From assembly GCA_038065475.1 (NCBI GenBank), contig JBBTQY010000015.1, forward strand, positions 6,608-70,607: DNA of 64,000 nucleotides, given 5' to 3'. The notes under the pieces were generated by a model. The model was not told the DNA's origin, did not search any database, and saw only the letters and a program-made list of their open reading frames with translations. Shown piece after piece: positions 19,821 through 28,127 of this stretch. Position numbers and translations under genes: made by a program. Origin of the DNA: Patescibacteria group bacterium. Its GTDB lineage: Bacteria > Patescibacteriota > Minisyncoccia > Ryanbacterales > GWA2-47-10b. The first letter of the stretch is position 1; the number at the start of each line of letters is the position of its first letter.

Positions 19821-20555
19821 CTATTCGTGGACAAATATGCCTACGGTCATGACGAGAAATACACCCGCTAAAATAAGCGCAATTTGCATGATTGACGAGC
19901 GTGAACCGTGCTTGTGATGCAGCTCGGGGATGAGATCTGCTGCCGCTACATACAGGAAATTACCCGCAACAAGCGCTAAGAGCACGCCTATATAGCCGAC
20001 TGAAACAGTCAGATAATACCCAATGATGGCACCCACCACTGTCGTGACTGATACCACGGTATTCCAAAACAAAGCTCGCTTGCGGCTAAACCCGCCGTGC
20101 AGCATGACCGCAAAGTCACTTGCCTCCTGGGGAATCTCGTGCAGAATAACCGCGATTGCCGCAAGAATGCCCGTAGGAAATCCTGCGCTAAAGGCAAACG
20201 CGATAAATATGCCGTCAATAAAGTTATGAATGGCATCACCAATGAGCACTAGATACGCAGACGCATGCGTCTCGCACACGCCGTCATGGCAATGGTACCA
20301 GAAAAGGAGCTTTTCGAGCACAAAGAAGGCAAGAAACCCACCGAGTACCCATGGCAATGCCGCCTCGGGCGCTAAAAACTCAAAAGTTTCGGGCAAAATA
20401 TCAAAAAAGACCGTACCGAGCATCACACCCACGGCAAAGCTGATAACCCAGTGCACCACACGCATCATACGCTTTTCGTTGAGAATAACGGCAACCCCGG
20501 CTAGAAACGATACGAGAGCCTCGGCGATACTCGCCAAAAGAATAGATAGAAACAT
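19821..20555 (-). CDS. ZIP family metal transporter
   Basis: HNFIDG, HEIPQE, DLIPELH. Confidence 0.93.
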   Translation of the reverse strand: MFLSILLASIAEALVSFLAGVAVILNEKRMMRVVHWVISFAVGVMLGTVFFDILPETFEFLAPEAALPWVLGGFLAFFVLEKLLFWYHCHDGVCETHASAYLVLIGDAIHNFIDGIFIAFAFSAGFPTGILAAIAVILHEIPQEASDFAVMLHGGFSRKRALFWNTVVSVTTVVGAIIGYYLTVSVGYIGVLLALVAGNFLYVAAADLIPELHHKHGSRSSIMQIALILAGVFLVMTVGIFVHE

Positions 20556-20559
20556 GATT

Positions 20560-21036
20560 TTATGATACCAAAGGCGGCTTCTTTTCGCCCATGCGCATTA
20601 TTTTAAGGTTTGCTTTCTTCAAAAGCTCTCGGCTATTTTTGTGTTTGATAATTTTCATTGCCTTTTCATAGGGCGCCCAAACAAAATTCTTGTGTTCTTC
20701 CGATATTTTGATAGTGCGTCCAAAAACTTCACCTAAATAAAAGGTGATAAATTTAAGTCGTTGCTCAGCCCCTTCAGTTTTCGGTGGCCATTGATAGCGG
20801 AAATGAATCGTTTCTTTGTATCCGGGGATAAATTTCACACGCGAGATACCCGTCTCTTCCTCGATCTCACGACGAGCCGCATCAATAGGTCGCTCGCCTT
20901 CCTCAAGCCGTCCGCGTGGAAACGTCCAGTGATTGCGCGTCGCATACTGAAGAAGCACGTACCAGACGCGCCCACCCTGCCGCCGGAACAAGATCGCTCC
21001 CGCGGATCGCTCAACTTTCACATCTTTATCTGTCAT
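20560..21036 (-). CDS. NUDIX hydrolase (Ap4A hydrolase-like)
   Basis: Nudix box GRLEEGE...AARREIEEETG; ISEEH. Confidence 0.9.
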   Translation of the reverse strand: MTDKDVKVERSAGAILFRRQGGRVWYVLLQYATRNHWTFPRGRLEEGERPIDAARREIEEETGISRVKFIPGYKETIHFRYQWPPKTEGAEQRLKFITFYLGEVFGRTIKISEEHKNFVWAPYEKAMKIIKHKNSRELLKKANLKIMRMGEKKPPLVS

Positions 21037-22757
21037 AAGAGATGACGCTTTTGTTTTGGAGTCGCCAAAAACTTCTGTAACGCCGGCAATGCAAGCGTGT
21101 TAAGAACACGGTTTTTGGGAAGCCCTGCGCGTCGCGCTTGTCCTATACCATACTCCAAATACGAGAGTTCTGCAAGCGAATGAGCATCGGTATCAATACT
21201 AAACATCGCACCCGCATCTACTCCGCGCCTTATATGATCATCTTTCAAATCAAGTCGCCATGGATGCGCGTCGATCTCTAAAACCGTGTGAGTTGAAATT
21301 GCATATGTGATGATACGATCAATATCAACTGCATACGGGTCTCTTTTTTTAAGAACGCGTCCAGTCGGATGAAATAAAATATCAACGTGTGGATTCGACA
21401 TTACGCGCATGATGCGTTCTGTCTGTTCTGACTCTGATAAATTAAAATGCGAATGAACCGCGGCACCTACGATATCAAGTTCGGCGAGCACCTCATCAGA
21501 AATATCGAGCGAGCCATCTTTCATAATATTTACTTCCGCACCCTTCAAGATCGTGATGCCGGATATTTTTTTATTGAGCAAATCAATCTCGCGCATTTGA
21601 CGACACAATTTTTTTTCATCTGATCCGCCCGTCATCGCCAAGCTACGCGTATGATCAGTGATCGCAATATACTCATGGCCCAAGCGCTTGGCTTCACGCA
21701 CCATCGCCTCGAGTGAGTCTGTGCCATCCGTCCAATCTGTTTGTGTTTGAAAATCCCCCCGCAAGTCGTTAAAGCTAATTAAGTTTTTCGGCGGAGGTAT
21801 AATTTTGTCGCCTTCGCGTAACTCGGGCGGCGGCATTACGATACCGAGCGCATCGTATACTTCTTCCTCTGTTGCACCCGCAATCATACGCGTACCACGA
21901 TACAATCCGTATTCATTGAGTTTTAATTTTTTCTTGAGTGCGAGTGACCGCAAAACCACATTGTGTTCTTTCGAACCGGTAAAATAAATGAGTGCGGCCC
22001 CAAAAGATTTTTTGGGCAACACACGTACATCGACATCGATACCGTCTTTCAGATGCACCGAGCTCTTGGTCTCGCCGTGCGCGATGATATGTGCCACATC
22101 TTCGCGCACAACAAACGCGCTCATCACACTATCTGCATTTGTAGCTTCTACTAAAATATCAATGTCGCCCGATGTCTCGCGCCACCGTCTAATCGACCCC
22201 GCAATCTCTACGCGTGAGACACCCTTGATGTTTCGTAAATCGTCGGTAATGCGTCGTGCAATCGGCAATGCCTCCCCCAACAAAAATCTTCCGCGTGAGG
22301 ATTCAAAAAATTCGATACCTTTTAAAATCTTCTCCTCTGATTTCAAACCAAATTTTTCAAGCTTGCGAATTTTGCCCGCGAGCGCTGCTCGCTTGAGACT
22401 TGCTACATCTTTTACTTTTAATTTTTCATAAAGTGTTTTTATCGCTTTAGGACCAATACCCTCGATGCTTCGCAACTCCTGCATATTGACCGGCATTTTT
22501 TTTCGCATAGCATCTAACTCGCGCACGCGACCAGTCTTCAAAAATTCTTCGATTGTTTGAGCAATACCTTTGCCAATACCAGAAATTTCTTCGAGAGCTT
22601 TTGTGCCGCCATTTTTATAAATCCCTCGCACATCGCCATCGAAGCTTGAGAGTGTCTCAGCTACTTTTTCGTACGCACGCGCTTTAAACGGTTCATTGAA
22701 TACCGTAAAATACTCGGCTATCGCAAACAGTATATCTAAAATATCCTTATTCTTCAT
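21033..22757 (-). CDS. polX: DNA polymerase X with PHP domain
   Basis: AGSIRR..ET.GDIDIL, YFTGSKEHN, ITDHT, TDAH. Confidence 0.95.
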   Translation of the reverse strand: MKNKDILDILFAIAEYFTVFNEPFKARAYEKVAETLSSFDGDVRGIYKNGGTKALEEISGIGKGIAQTIEEFLKTGRVRELDAMRKKMPVNMQELRSIEGIGPKAIKTLYEKLKVKDVASLKRAALAGKIRKLEKFGLKSEEKILKGIEFFESSRGRFLLGEALPIARRITDDLRNIKGVSRVEIAGSIRRWRETSGDIDILVEATNADSVMSAFVVREDVAHIIAHGETKSSVHLKDGIDVDVRVLPKKSFGAALIYFTGSKEHNVVLRSLALKKKLKLNEYGLYRGTRMIAGATEEEVYDALGIVMPPPELREGDKIIPPPKNLISFNDLRGDFQTQTDWTDGTDSLEAMVREAKRLGHEYIAITDHTRSLAMTGGSDEKKLCRQMREIDLLNKKISGITILKGAEVNIMKDGSLDISDEVLAELDIVGAAVHSHFNLSESEQTERIMRVMSNPHVDILFHPTGRVLKKRDPYAVDIDRIITYAISTHTVLEIDAHPWRLDLKDDHIRRGVDAGAMFSIDTDAHSLAELSYLEYGIGQARRAGLPKNRVLNTLALPALQKFLATPKQKRHLL

Positions 22758-23019
22758 AGCGTATATGTATAGTATAGCGCGCGTAAAAGTTTTCCACAGT
22801 GAGACGTATCATAAAAAAATTTTACGCCTTATACTTATACCAGATCCTAAGAGCATCGAAATTCAGAGAAGAGCGAGGCCAGCGTAATGGTCACCACCGA
22901 CATTGACACTCACGTGTCACCACCACACCTCTCCCTTCCTTGCAGTTTTCCTGCTCCACGCAACTTGCACAATTTTCTCTTCGCACATGGCCCGTCCTCA
23001 CAGACGGGCCCGAATGCTT

Positions 23020-24027
23020 TTATACCAAATTTTTATTTATAAAATTTTCAATCCTTCCTTTAAGTTTCTGAGTGTTACCATGGCTTATCATTCCTAAATA
23101 TGACTGTATTGTTTCTCTTTTATGGTGACTCGCATTGATACCACGAAATATTCTCTTTTTTGTAGTCGTTCTCAATACTCGGTAATCGGGGAAATGCGTC
23201 CAGCCGAGGAAATCGACACCCGATGCAAAAGTAGTTATTGATACCTTATCAGGATGTAATTGGAGTTTCAATCGCTCCTGTAAAAAATTGCTAATATGAT
23301 TCAAAATATTTTCAAGCCATTCTTTATTTTGCGATAGGATAACAAAATCATCAGCATATCGGATATAATATTCAGCTTTTAGTTTATGTTTCATAAACTG
23401 ATCAAACTCGTTCATATAAATATTTACGAGAAGCTGACTCGTGAGATTACCGAGCGGCAAACCAACGCCTATTCGTGTTGAGTGAAAGCTGGACACAACA
23501 TGCGAGACGAGCCGAACAACGTCTTTGTCAAAAATATACCCATCGACGATTTCCAAAAGTATTTTTTGATCTATCGAGGCAAAAAACTTTCGGATATCGC
23601 ATTTAAGAACCCAGACTGTTTTGGTATGATTTTTTGATACTCTTCCGGCAAAAGCGCGAAACCCGTTCATCGCCCTATGCGTTCCTTTGCCTTTCCTACA
23701 TGAATATGAATCAGCGACAAATGTTTTATCAAAAAATGGATAGAGCGCCCTATATAAAACGTGATGCAACAGTCTGTCTCGAACACATGCCTTGTGAATA
23801 TTGCGAGGTTTTGGATCGGAAATATTAAACGCGTGGTACCCTCCATGCCTGTATGTTTTGTTTTTCAAATCGTCGTGGAGAGATTGTATGTTATCCGATA
23901 ATCTATACCGAAACGCCTGAACATCTTTTCTGTTCCTTTTGCCCTTCAAAAACTCCCGCCAAGCCGCAAGCAAATTTTCTTTGGAAATGATATCATCGTA
24001 CGTATGAATAAATTGCTTGCGACCCAT
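23020..24027 (-). CDS. DGR reverse transcriptase
   Basis: KPRNI, RDRLLHH, DIRKFFASI, DGR-type GLPLGNLTSQ, YIRYADDF, GVDFLG; 335 aa with no endonuclease domain. Confidence 0.95.
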   Translation of the reverse strand: MGRKQFIHTYDDIISKENLLAAWREFLKGKRNRKDVQAFRYRLSDNIQSLHDDLKNKTYRHGGYHAFNISDPKPRNIHKACVRDRLLHHVLYRALYPFFDKTFVADSYSCRKGKGTHRAMNGFRAFAGRVSKNHTKTVWVLKCDIRKFFASIDQKILLEIVDGYIFDKDVVRLVSHVVSSFHSTRIGVGLPLGNLTSQLLVNIYMNEFDQFMKHKLKAEYYIRYADDFVILSQNKEWLENILNHISNFLQERLKLQLHPDKVSITTFASGVDFLGWTHFPDYRVLRTTTKKRIFRGINASHHKRETIQSYLGMISHGNTQKLKGRIENFINKNLV

Positions 24028-24424
24028 ACTCCTGAAAGTACCCCCCCCCCGCCCAACTTCGCAACCAAAACTGATCCCGGTTGTCTTAAAACTAAAAGAC
24101 GCCTACGGACTTTGGCAAAAATATCTTGCTGACTTTCCCAAACAAAATCGCTACACACTCGGCTCTAAAATAGATGATTTATTTCTTACGTCCATTGAGT
24201 ATTGTTTTTTAGCGAGCTACGCATCAAAAGATACAAAGATTGGACTTCTTGATCGAGCTATCTCTCGAGTAGATCTTCTAAAGCTTCTTTTGCAACTGGC
24301 ATGGGAAGTACGCGCACTCGATAGCAAAAAATATGTACATCTTGGTGAACGTCTTGTAGAAGTTGGGAGAATGTTGGGCGGTTGGAGAAAGGGCTTACTA
24401 TCAAAAACTCCCACCTCGAAGTAA
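24017..24424 (+). CDS. avd: DGR accessory protein Avd (four-helix bundle); start uncertain
   Basis: FPKQNRYTLGSKI...DLLKLLLQLA...EVGRMLGGW; only a TTG start is in frame. Confidence 0.9.
   Translation: MRPILLKVPPPRPTSQPKLIPVVLKLKDAYGLWQKYLADFPKQNRYTLGSKIDDLFLTSIEYCFLASYASKDTKIGLLDRAISRVDLLKLLLQLAWEVRALDSKKYVHLGERLVEVGRMLGGWRKGLLSKTPTSK
24041..24050. repeat. C10 homopolymer in the 5' part of avd, just upstream of the RT start
   Basis: cccccccccc read directly. Confidence 0.95.
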
Positions 24425-24441
24425 GGCGGGAGAAACGCGGG

Positions 24442-24560
24442 AGTTGCTTGAGAAAACACGATTGCCGGCATTCCAGCGATTGTCGTTCTGCGGGTTGGCG
24501 TTCACGTTCCACTTCTCGTCGTCGGAGTTCCAGTTGACGTTGACCGTGAAGATCTCGGTT
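24442..24560 (-). repeat. DGR template repeat (TR), 119 bp
   Basis: AAC-rich on the minus strand; ungapped match to 24950-25068. Confidence 0.95.
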
Positions 24561-24914
24561 GTAATGTGGCCACCATCATCTTTACCACCGCCCATCGAAT
24601 ACTCTCCGGGTTGTATCAAACATGGGACATCGAAGTCCGCCAATGGTAGCCACCAACTGCTGTTGTTTTTTAAGAATACGCTAAACATACTCTCGCAAAA
24701 GCCGTAGCCTTGACAATCCTGATGCTTAGTATATTAAAGCCCTCTGCCCAAGCCGTAACCGGAGCAATACAAAAACTTCATTATCTAGATTAGCAAAAAT
24801 TATAAAAACAGAGAATAAATCAGTATAACAAAAACGGTCCCCTGAACCCTTCGGCATGCGCCAAAGAGTCCAAGGGACCGAGAGCCCAAGTGCGCAAGGG
24901 CTCTGTTGCGAGGA

Positions 24915-25565
24915 TCAGCCCGCCTGCGCTGAAGCTTCGGCGGGCAAGCAGTTGCTGGAGAAAACACGATAGCCGGCAACCCAGCGACGGTCGAGCCGCG
25001 GGTAGGCGCGCACGCACCACTCCCCGCCGTCGGAGTTCCAGCGGACGCTGACCGCGAAGACCTCGGCGTTGACCCCACGAACATAGAAGATGTTCGCGTA
25101 ACCGTTTGCGAGGAGCGCGCCTGCGCGACCTTTCGGCTGGCGCAAAATCATGCCTGCGAGGTAGGCCGAGAATGCGAAGGCGTTCTCGAAGACGTGATGC
25201 TCGGGAAGCTCTCTCCTGATCTCCGCGTCGTTTGCGGGCTTTGCGAGATCGAACGAGATGGCCTTTATCGCAGGAAGCGACTCGACTGGCCTTGCGGCCG
25301 GGAGAATCCGGTCTCGAAAACCGTCCCACACGTAAAGACTTTCGCGCGTCTTGTAGAATGCGGCCGGGTCGAAGGCATCGGGACGGGCGGGGAGGGTGAT
25401 CTCACCCACGCGCGCCAACCTCTTGACCATGTTGACCACCCACTCCCCTGCATTGACGCGGCGAACCGCCTCGTTGGGATCGGTGATGCCCATCTGCGCC
25501 ATGAGGTTCTTGACGAGCGCGTTAAGTCTCCCAGGCAGGACGTCACTGATTGCGAAGTCTGACAT
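24915..25565 (-). CDS. DGR target protein with C-terminal variable region (C-type lectin-like fold inferred)
   Basis: VR encodes EVFAVSVRWNSDGGEWCVRAYPRLDRRWVAGYRVFS; SD AAGGAGA. Confidence 0.92.
   Translation of the reverse strand: MSDFAISDVLPGRLNALVKNLMAQMGITDPNEAVRRVNAGEWVVNMVKRLARVGEITLPARPDAFDPAAFYKTRESLYVWDGFRDRILPAARPVESLPAIKAISFDLAKPANDAEIRRELPEHHVFENAFAFSAYLAGMILRQPKGRAGALLANGYANIFYVRGVNAEVFAVSVRWNSDGGEWCVRAYPRLDRRWVAGYRVFSSNCLPAEASAQAG
24950..25068 (-). repeat. DGR variable repeat (VR)
   Basis: 24 mismatches to TR, all at TR adenines (13 A>G, 6 A>C, 5 A>T). Confidence 0.95.
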
Positions 25566-25730
25566 GATAGGTCTCCTTAGGCTTAGTTGCCCTTTCTCTC
25601 GACACCTCTCATCCGAGGCAGGAGCGTGACCGGCATAGTCACAGCCATAAAATACCGGGCATCCAGAATCTTATGGCTGTGACTATGATTTCAAGCAAAT
25701 ACTGCAAGTTAAAAAAGGAACTGCTTGCCT

Positions 25731-25759
25731 AGTGTACTATATTTGTCTGTATTTGTCAA
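25731..25759 (-). promoter_or_regulatory. Sigma70-type promoter of the DGR target gene
   Basis: TTGACA-N17-TACACT on the minus strand. Confidence 0.7.
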
Positions 25760-25803
25760 TACCCCGCTCCGCCTTATTTCTATCGTCTTTTCTTTACTAC
25801 TCA

Positions 25804-26430
25804 TCAAAAGAGCGAGACTTGCGGTGATTCTTCTTCGGAAGATTTTTTTGTTTCTGTAATTTCTGGTTTAATCACCTCAACTTCTCCCGAAACAACAGCT
25901 GGCAGTTTTTGAAACGTTTCTTTGAATTGATTGAGCACGGTCGTGCCGCGCAGCGCTGCTGCTGGATGAAACATCGGCATGATTTTATATTTTCCAACCG
26001 TAAAAGTTTTTCCTTGGTCACGAGAAATTTTCGCATCAGGCAAAAAATAATTCATAGCAAACCTTCCCAGTGGCACGATGATACGCGGGCTGATGATTTC
26101 GATCTGACGCGCAAGATATGGTTTATATGCCTCAATCTCTTCGGGTAATGGATCGCGGTTGTCGGGGGGTCTCCGCTTCACAATGTTCGTAATATATACT
26201 TGCTCTCTCTGCCAACCAATACTTTTAATACACTCAGTGAGTAACTCTCCTCCTCTCCCTACAAACGGACGCCCCAATCGATCTTCATGAAAACCTGGCG
26301 CTTCACCAATAAACAATACTTCTGCATCTTCGTTACCTTCGCCAAATACCAGACGAGATTCTTGTAGCGGCAACAAAGCATCCTCAATCATTTCTCGCTG
26401 GAGATCTGCGAGTAATTCTTTTTTGTTCAT
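25804..26430 (-). CDS. Uracil-DNA glycosylase family 4
   Basis: GEAPG..ED..GRPFVG, RPPDNRDP, FHPAAALR. Confidence 0.94.
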   Translation of the reverse strand: MNKKELLADLQREMIEDALLPLQESRLVFGEGNEDAEVLFIGEAPGFHEDRLGRPFVGRGGELLTECIKSIGWQREQVYITNIVKRRPPDNRDPLPEEIEAYKPYLARQIEIISPRIIVPLGRFAMNYFLPDAKISRDQGKTFTVGKYKIMPMFHPAAALRGTTVLNQFKETFQKLPAVVSGEVEVIKPEITETKKSSEEESPQVSLF

Positions 26431-27524
26431 AGAAATCCGGAAACGCGTATCAACTCAAAAGCAGCACCAACAATGAGTGCCGCAGCAATACCACCGGCAA
26501 CAAGTATCTGTGTACCGAGTACGCGACGTGCAAGCAAGGCAATAATTGTTCCCTCAATACCGACACCAACCGCACCGATAATATCGATAAGTAAAATAAA
26601 GCTACGCACCCCTGCAAGATAAATCACGAGCGGCACAAATGCTGTGAGCATCCACGCAATACGCGACGAACGACCAAGATCGTACTCAAATGTGTAACGC
26701 AACTCCAGCCCGAGCGCAATATACGAAGTAATCACCGCAAGAAGTCCGAGCAGCGTTCCTATGATAAATGCTCGCTCGCCAATACTTGAGGCGAGCACCG
26801 AGAGCGAATCGTGCGGAGGCAGTCCGTTTGCCAATCCAATGATCGTGATACTAAATGCGGCATAGATAAGTATCGCAATAACACCAGATACAACAATAAC
26901 GGGAAATATTTTTTTATGTGCAGATGCACCAAGAGTGTCGATGACCTCAGGGATCACTGATGCACCTGAAAGAGCAAAAAGAAAAATGCCGTACGGCAAA
27001 AACCAATCACCATTTCCACCAAACGGCACTGCAGAAAAATCAAACTGAGGCCACCATATAAAAAAGAAAATAATTGGCAAAAAAACTTCTGGCAGTGTGA
27101 GTATAAAATTGATTGAGCCAATGCGTGAAAGGCGAAAAAGAATGAGTGGTGAGATAATAACAAAAAAAGAAATGGCGAGCGCCATCTCTGAGAACGGTAA
27201 GATATGTGCAAGAAAATCACCGATGATAATGCCGTAGGCGAGCAGAAAACCCCAATAGGCAAGCAAGCGTGAAATGAGTGTTATCCAAAAACCACCCTCA
27301 CCCAAATATTGGCGCGCATATCCCGGAAGACGCGCATGTCGCTTGTCTTTTAAAATAACACCTGCGTAGAGAGCATGTGTGAGAGTAACAAGAATTAAAA
27401 CGATAACTGTATGAAAGAGTGACCATCCAATACCGGCCTTCACAATCGTATAGGGCAGGGCAAACATACCGGCACCAATAATCATGCCTGCCAAAAGCCC
27501 GACCGCCTTGAGCGTACGGAACAT
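26427..27524 (-). CDS. Amino acid permease (aromatic amino acid/HAAAP-like)
   Basis: GMIIGAGMFALP; about 11 TM helices. Confidence 0.85.
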   Translation of the reverse strand: MFRTLKAVGLLAGMIIGAGMFALPYTIVKAGIGWSLFHTVIVLILVTLTHALYAGVILKDKRHARLPGYARQYLGEGGFWITLISRLLAYWGFLLAYGIIIGDFLAHILPFSEMALAISFFVIISPLILFRLSRIGSINFILTLPEVFLPIIFFFIWWPQFDFSAVPFGGNGDWFLPYGIFLFALSGASVIPEVIDTLGASAHKKIFPVIVVSGVIAILIYAAFSITIIGLANGLPPHDSLSVLASSIGERAFIIGTLLGLLAVITSYIALGLELRYTFEYDLGRSSRIAWMLTAFVPLVIYLAGVRSFILLIDIIGAVGVGIEGTIIALLARRVLGTQILVAGGIAAALIVGAAFELIRVSGFL

Positions 27525-27533
27525 AGAAGATTT

Positions 27534-28115
27534 TTAAACCTCGTCTACTTTTTCTCGCTCAAGAATCGCTACAAGTTTTGCAATCAATTCTTTTGGATCG
27601 TCGGAAAAAACAACAAAAGGATTGTCTTTTGCTCGATGTGACTCTTTGATTACTTGTTCAATCATATCTGTCGTACCGCCAGTATTGGTCAGTACCCCGA
27701 TAGGCTTTTTATCTTCGAAGGCAACGGTAAACTCATTGAGTGTGCCAATACGGCCGCAGCCTACAATAACGGCATCGGTCGAGCGTGTCAGTAATAGATT
27801 GCGCCCTGACATGCCGGCTCCGGTATAGATAATGACATCAAGATAGTCGAGAGGGAGGTTGAAAAAATCGCGATGCTCTTTTTCGGTAGCTGCAGGCGAG
27901 ATGCCGATAGTCATTCCTCCTGCTTCTTTAGCACCAATCGCCGCCCAATACGGAAAACCGGTAGTGGCACCATTAACGAGTGTCGCGCCCATGGTTGCTA
28001 TCTCGCGGCCAAGAGCCTTTGCCTTATCGAGTGCATCTGTCGAACAATGACCTGTCTCTGCCGCCCCCGATACGCAAAACTTGAGTCTCAGATGATTGTG
28101 TGCGGGTTTATTCAT
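27534..28115 (-). CDS. LOG/SLOG family nucleotide-binding protein
   Basis: GAKEAGG.TIGISP, GRNLLL, GRIGTLNE. Confidence 0.85.
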   Translation of the reverse strand: MNKPAHNHLRLKFCVSGAAETGHCSTDALDKAKALGREIATMGATLVNGATTGFPYWAAIGAKEAGGMTIGISPAATEKEHRDFFNLPLDYLDVIIYTGAGMSGRNLLLTRSTDAVIVGCGRIGTLNEFTVAFEDKKPIGVLTNTGGTTDMIEQVIKESHRAKDNPFVVFSDDPKELIAKLVAILEREKVDEV

Positions 28116-28127
28116 AACTCAAGAATA

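Larger units (their letters stand above)
23020..25760. mobile_element. Diversity-generating retroelement (target/VR, TR, antisense avd, RT)
   Basis: RT plus Avd plus a TR/VR pair with adenine-only mismatches. Confidence 0.96.

Noticed and set aside
23020-24027. RT as a group II intron, retron or Abi RT
   Set aside because: Short length, the GNLTSQ motif, adjacent Avd and the TR/VR pair identify a DGR RT
24401-24688. 95-aa minus-strand ORF resembling the DGR target C-terminus
   Set aside because: It is TR read in frame (Asn-rich from AAC codons); most likely non-coding template rather than a second target
24710-24735. TTGACA on the plus strand upstream of TR
   Set aside because: Only 14 nt to the nearest -10-like hexamer, and on the wrong strand for TR RNA
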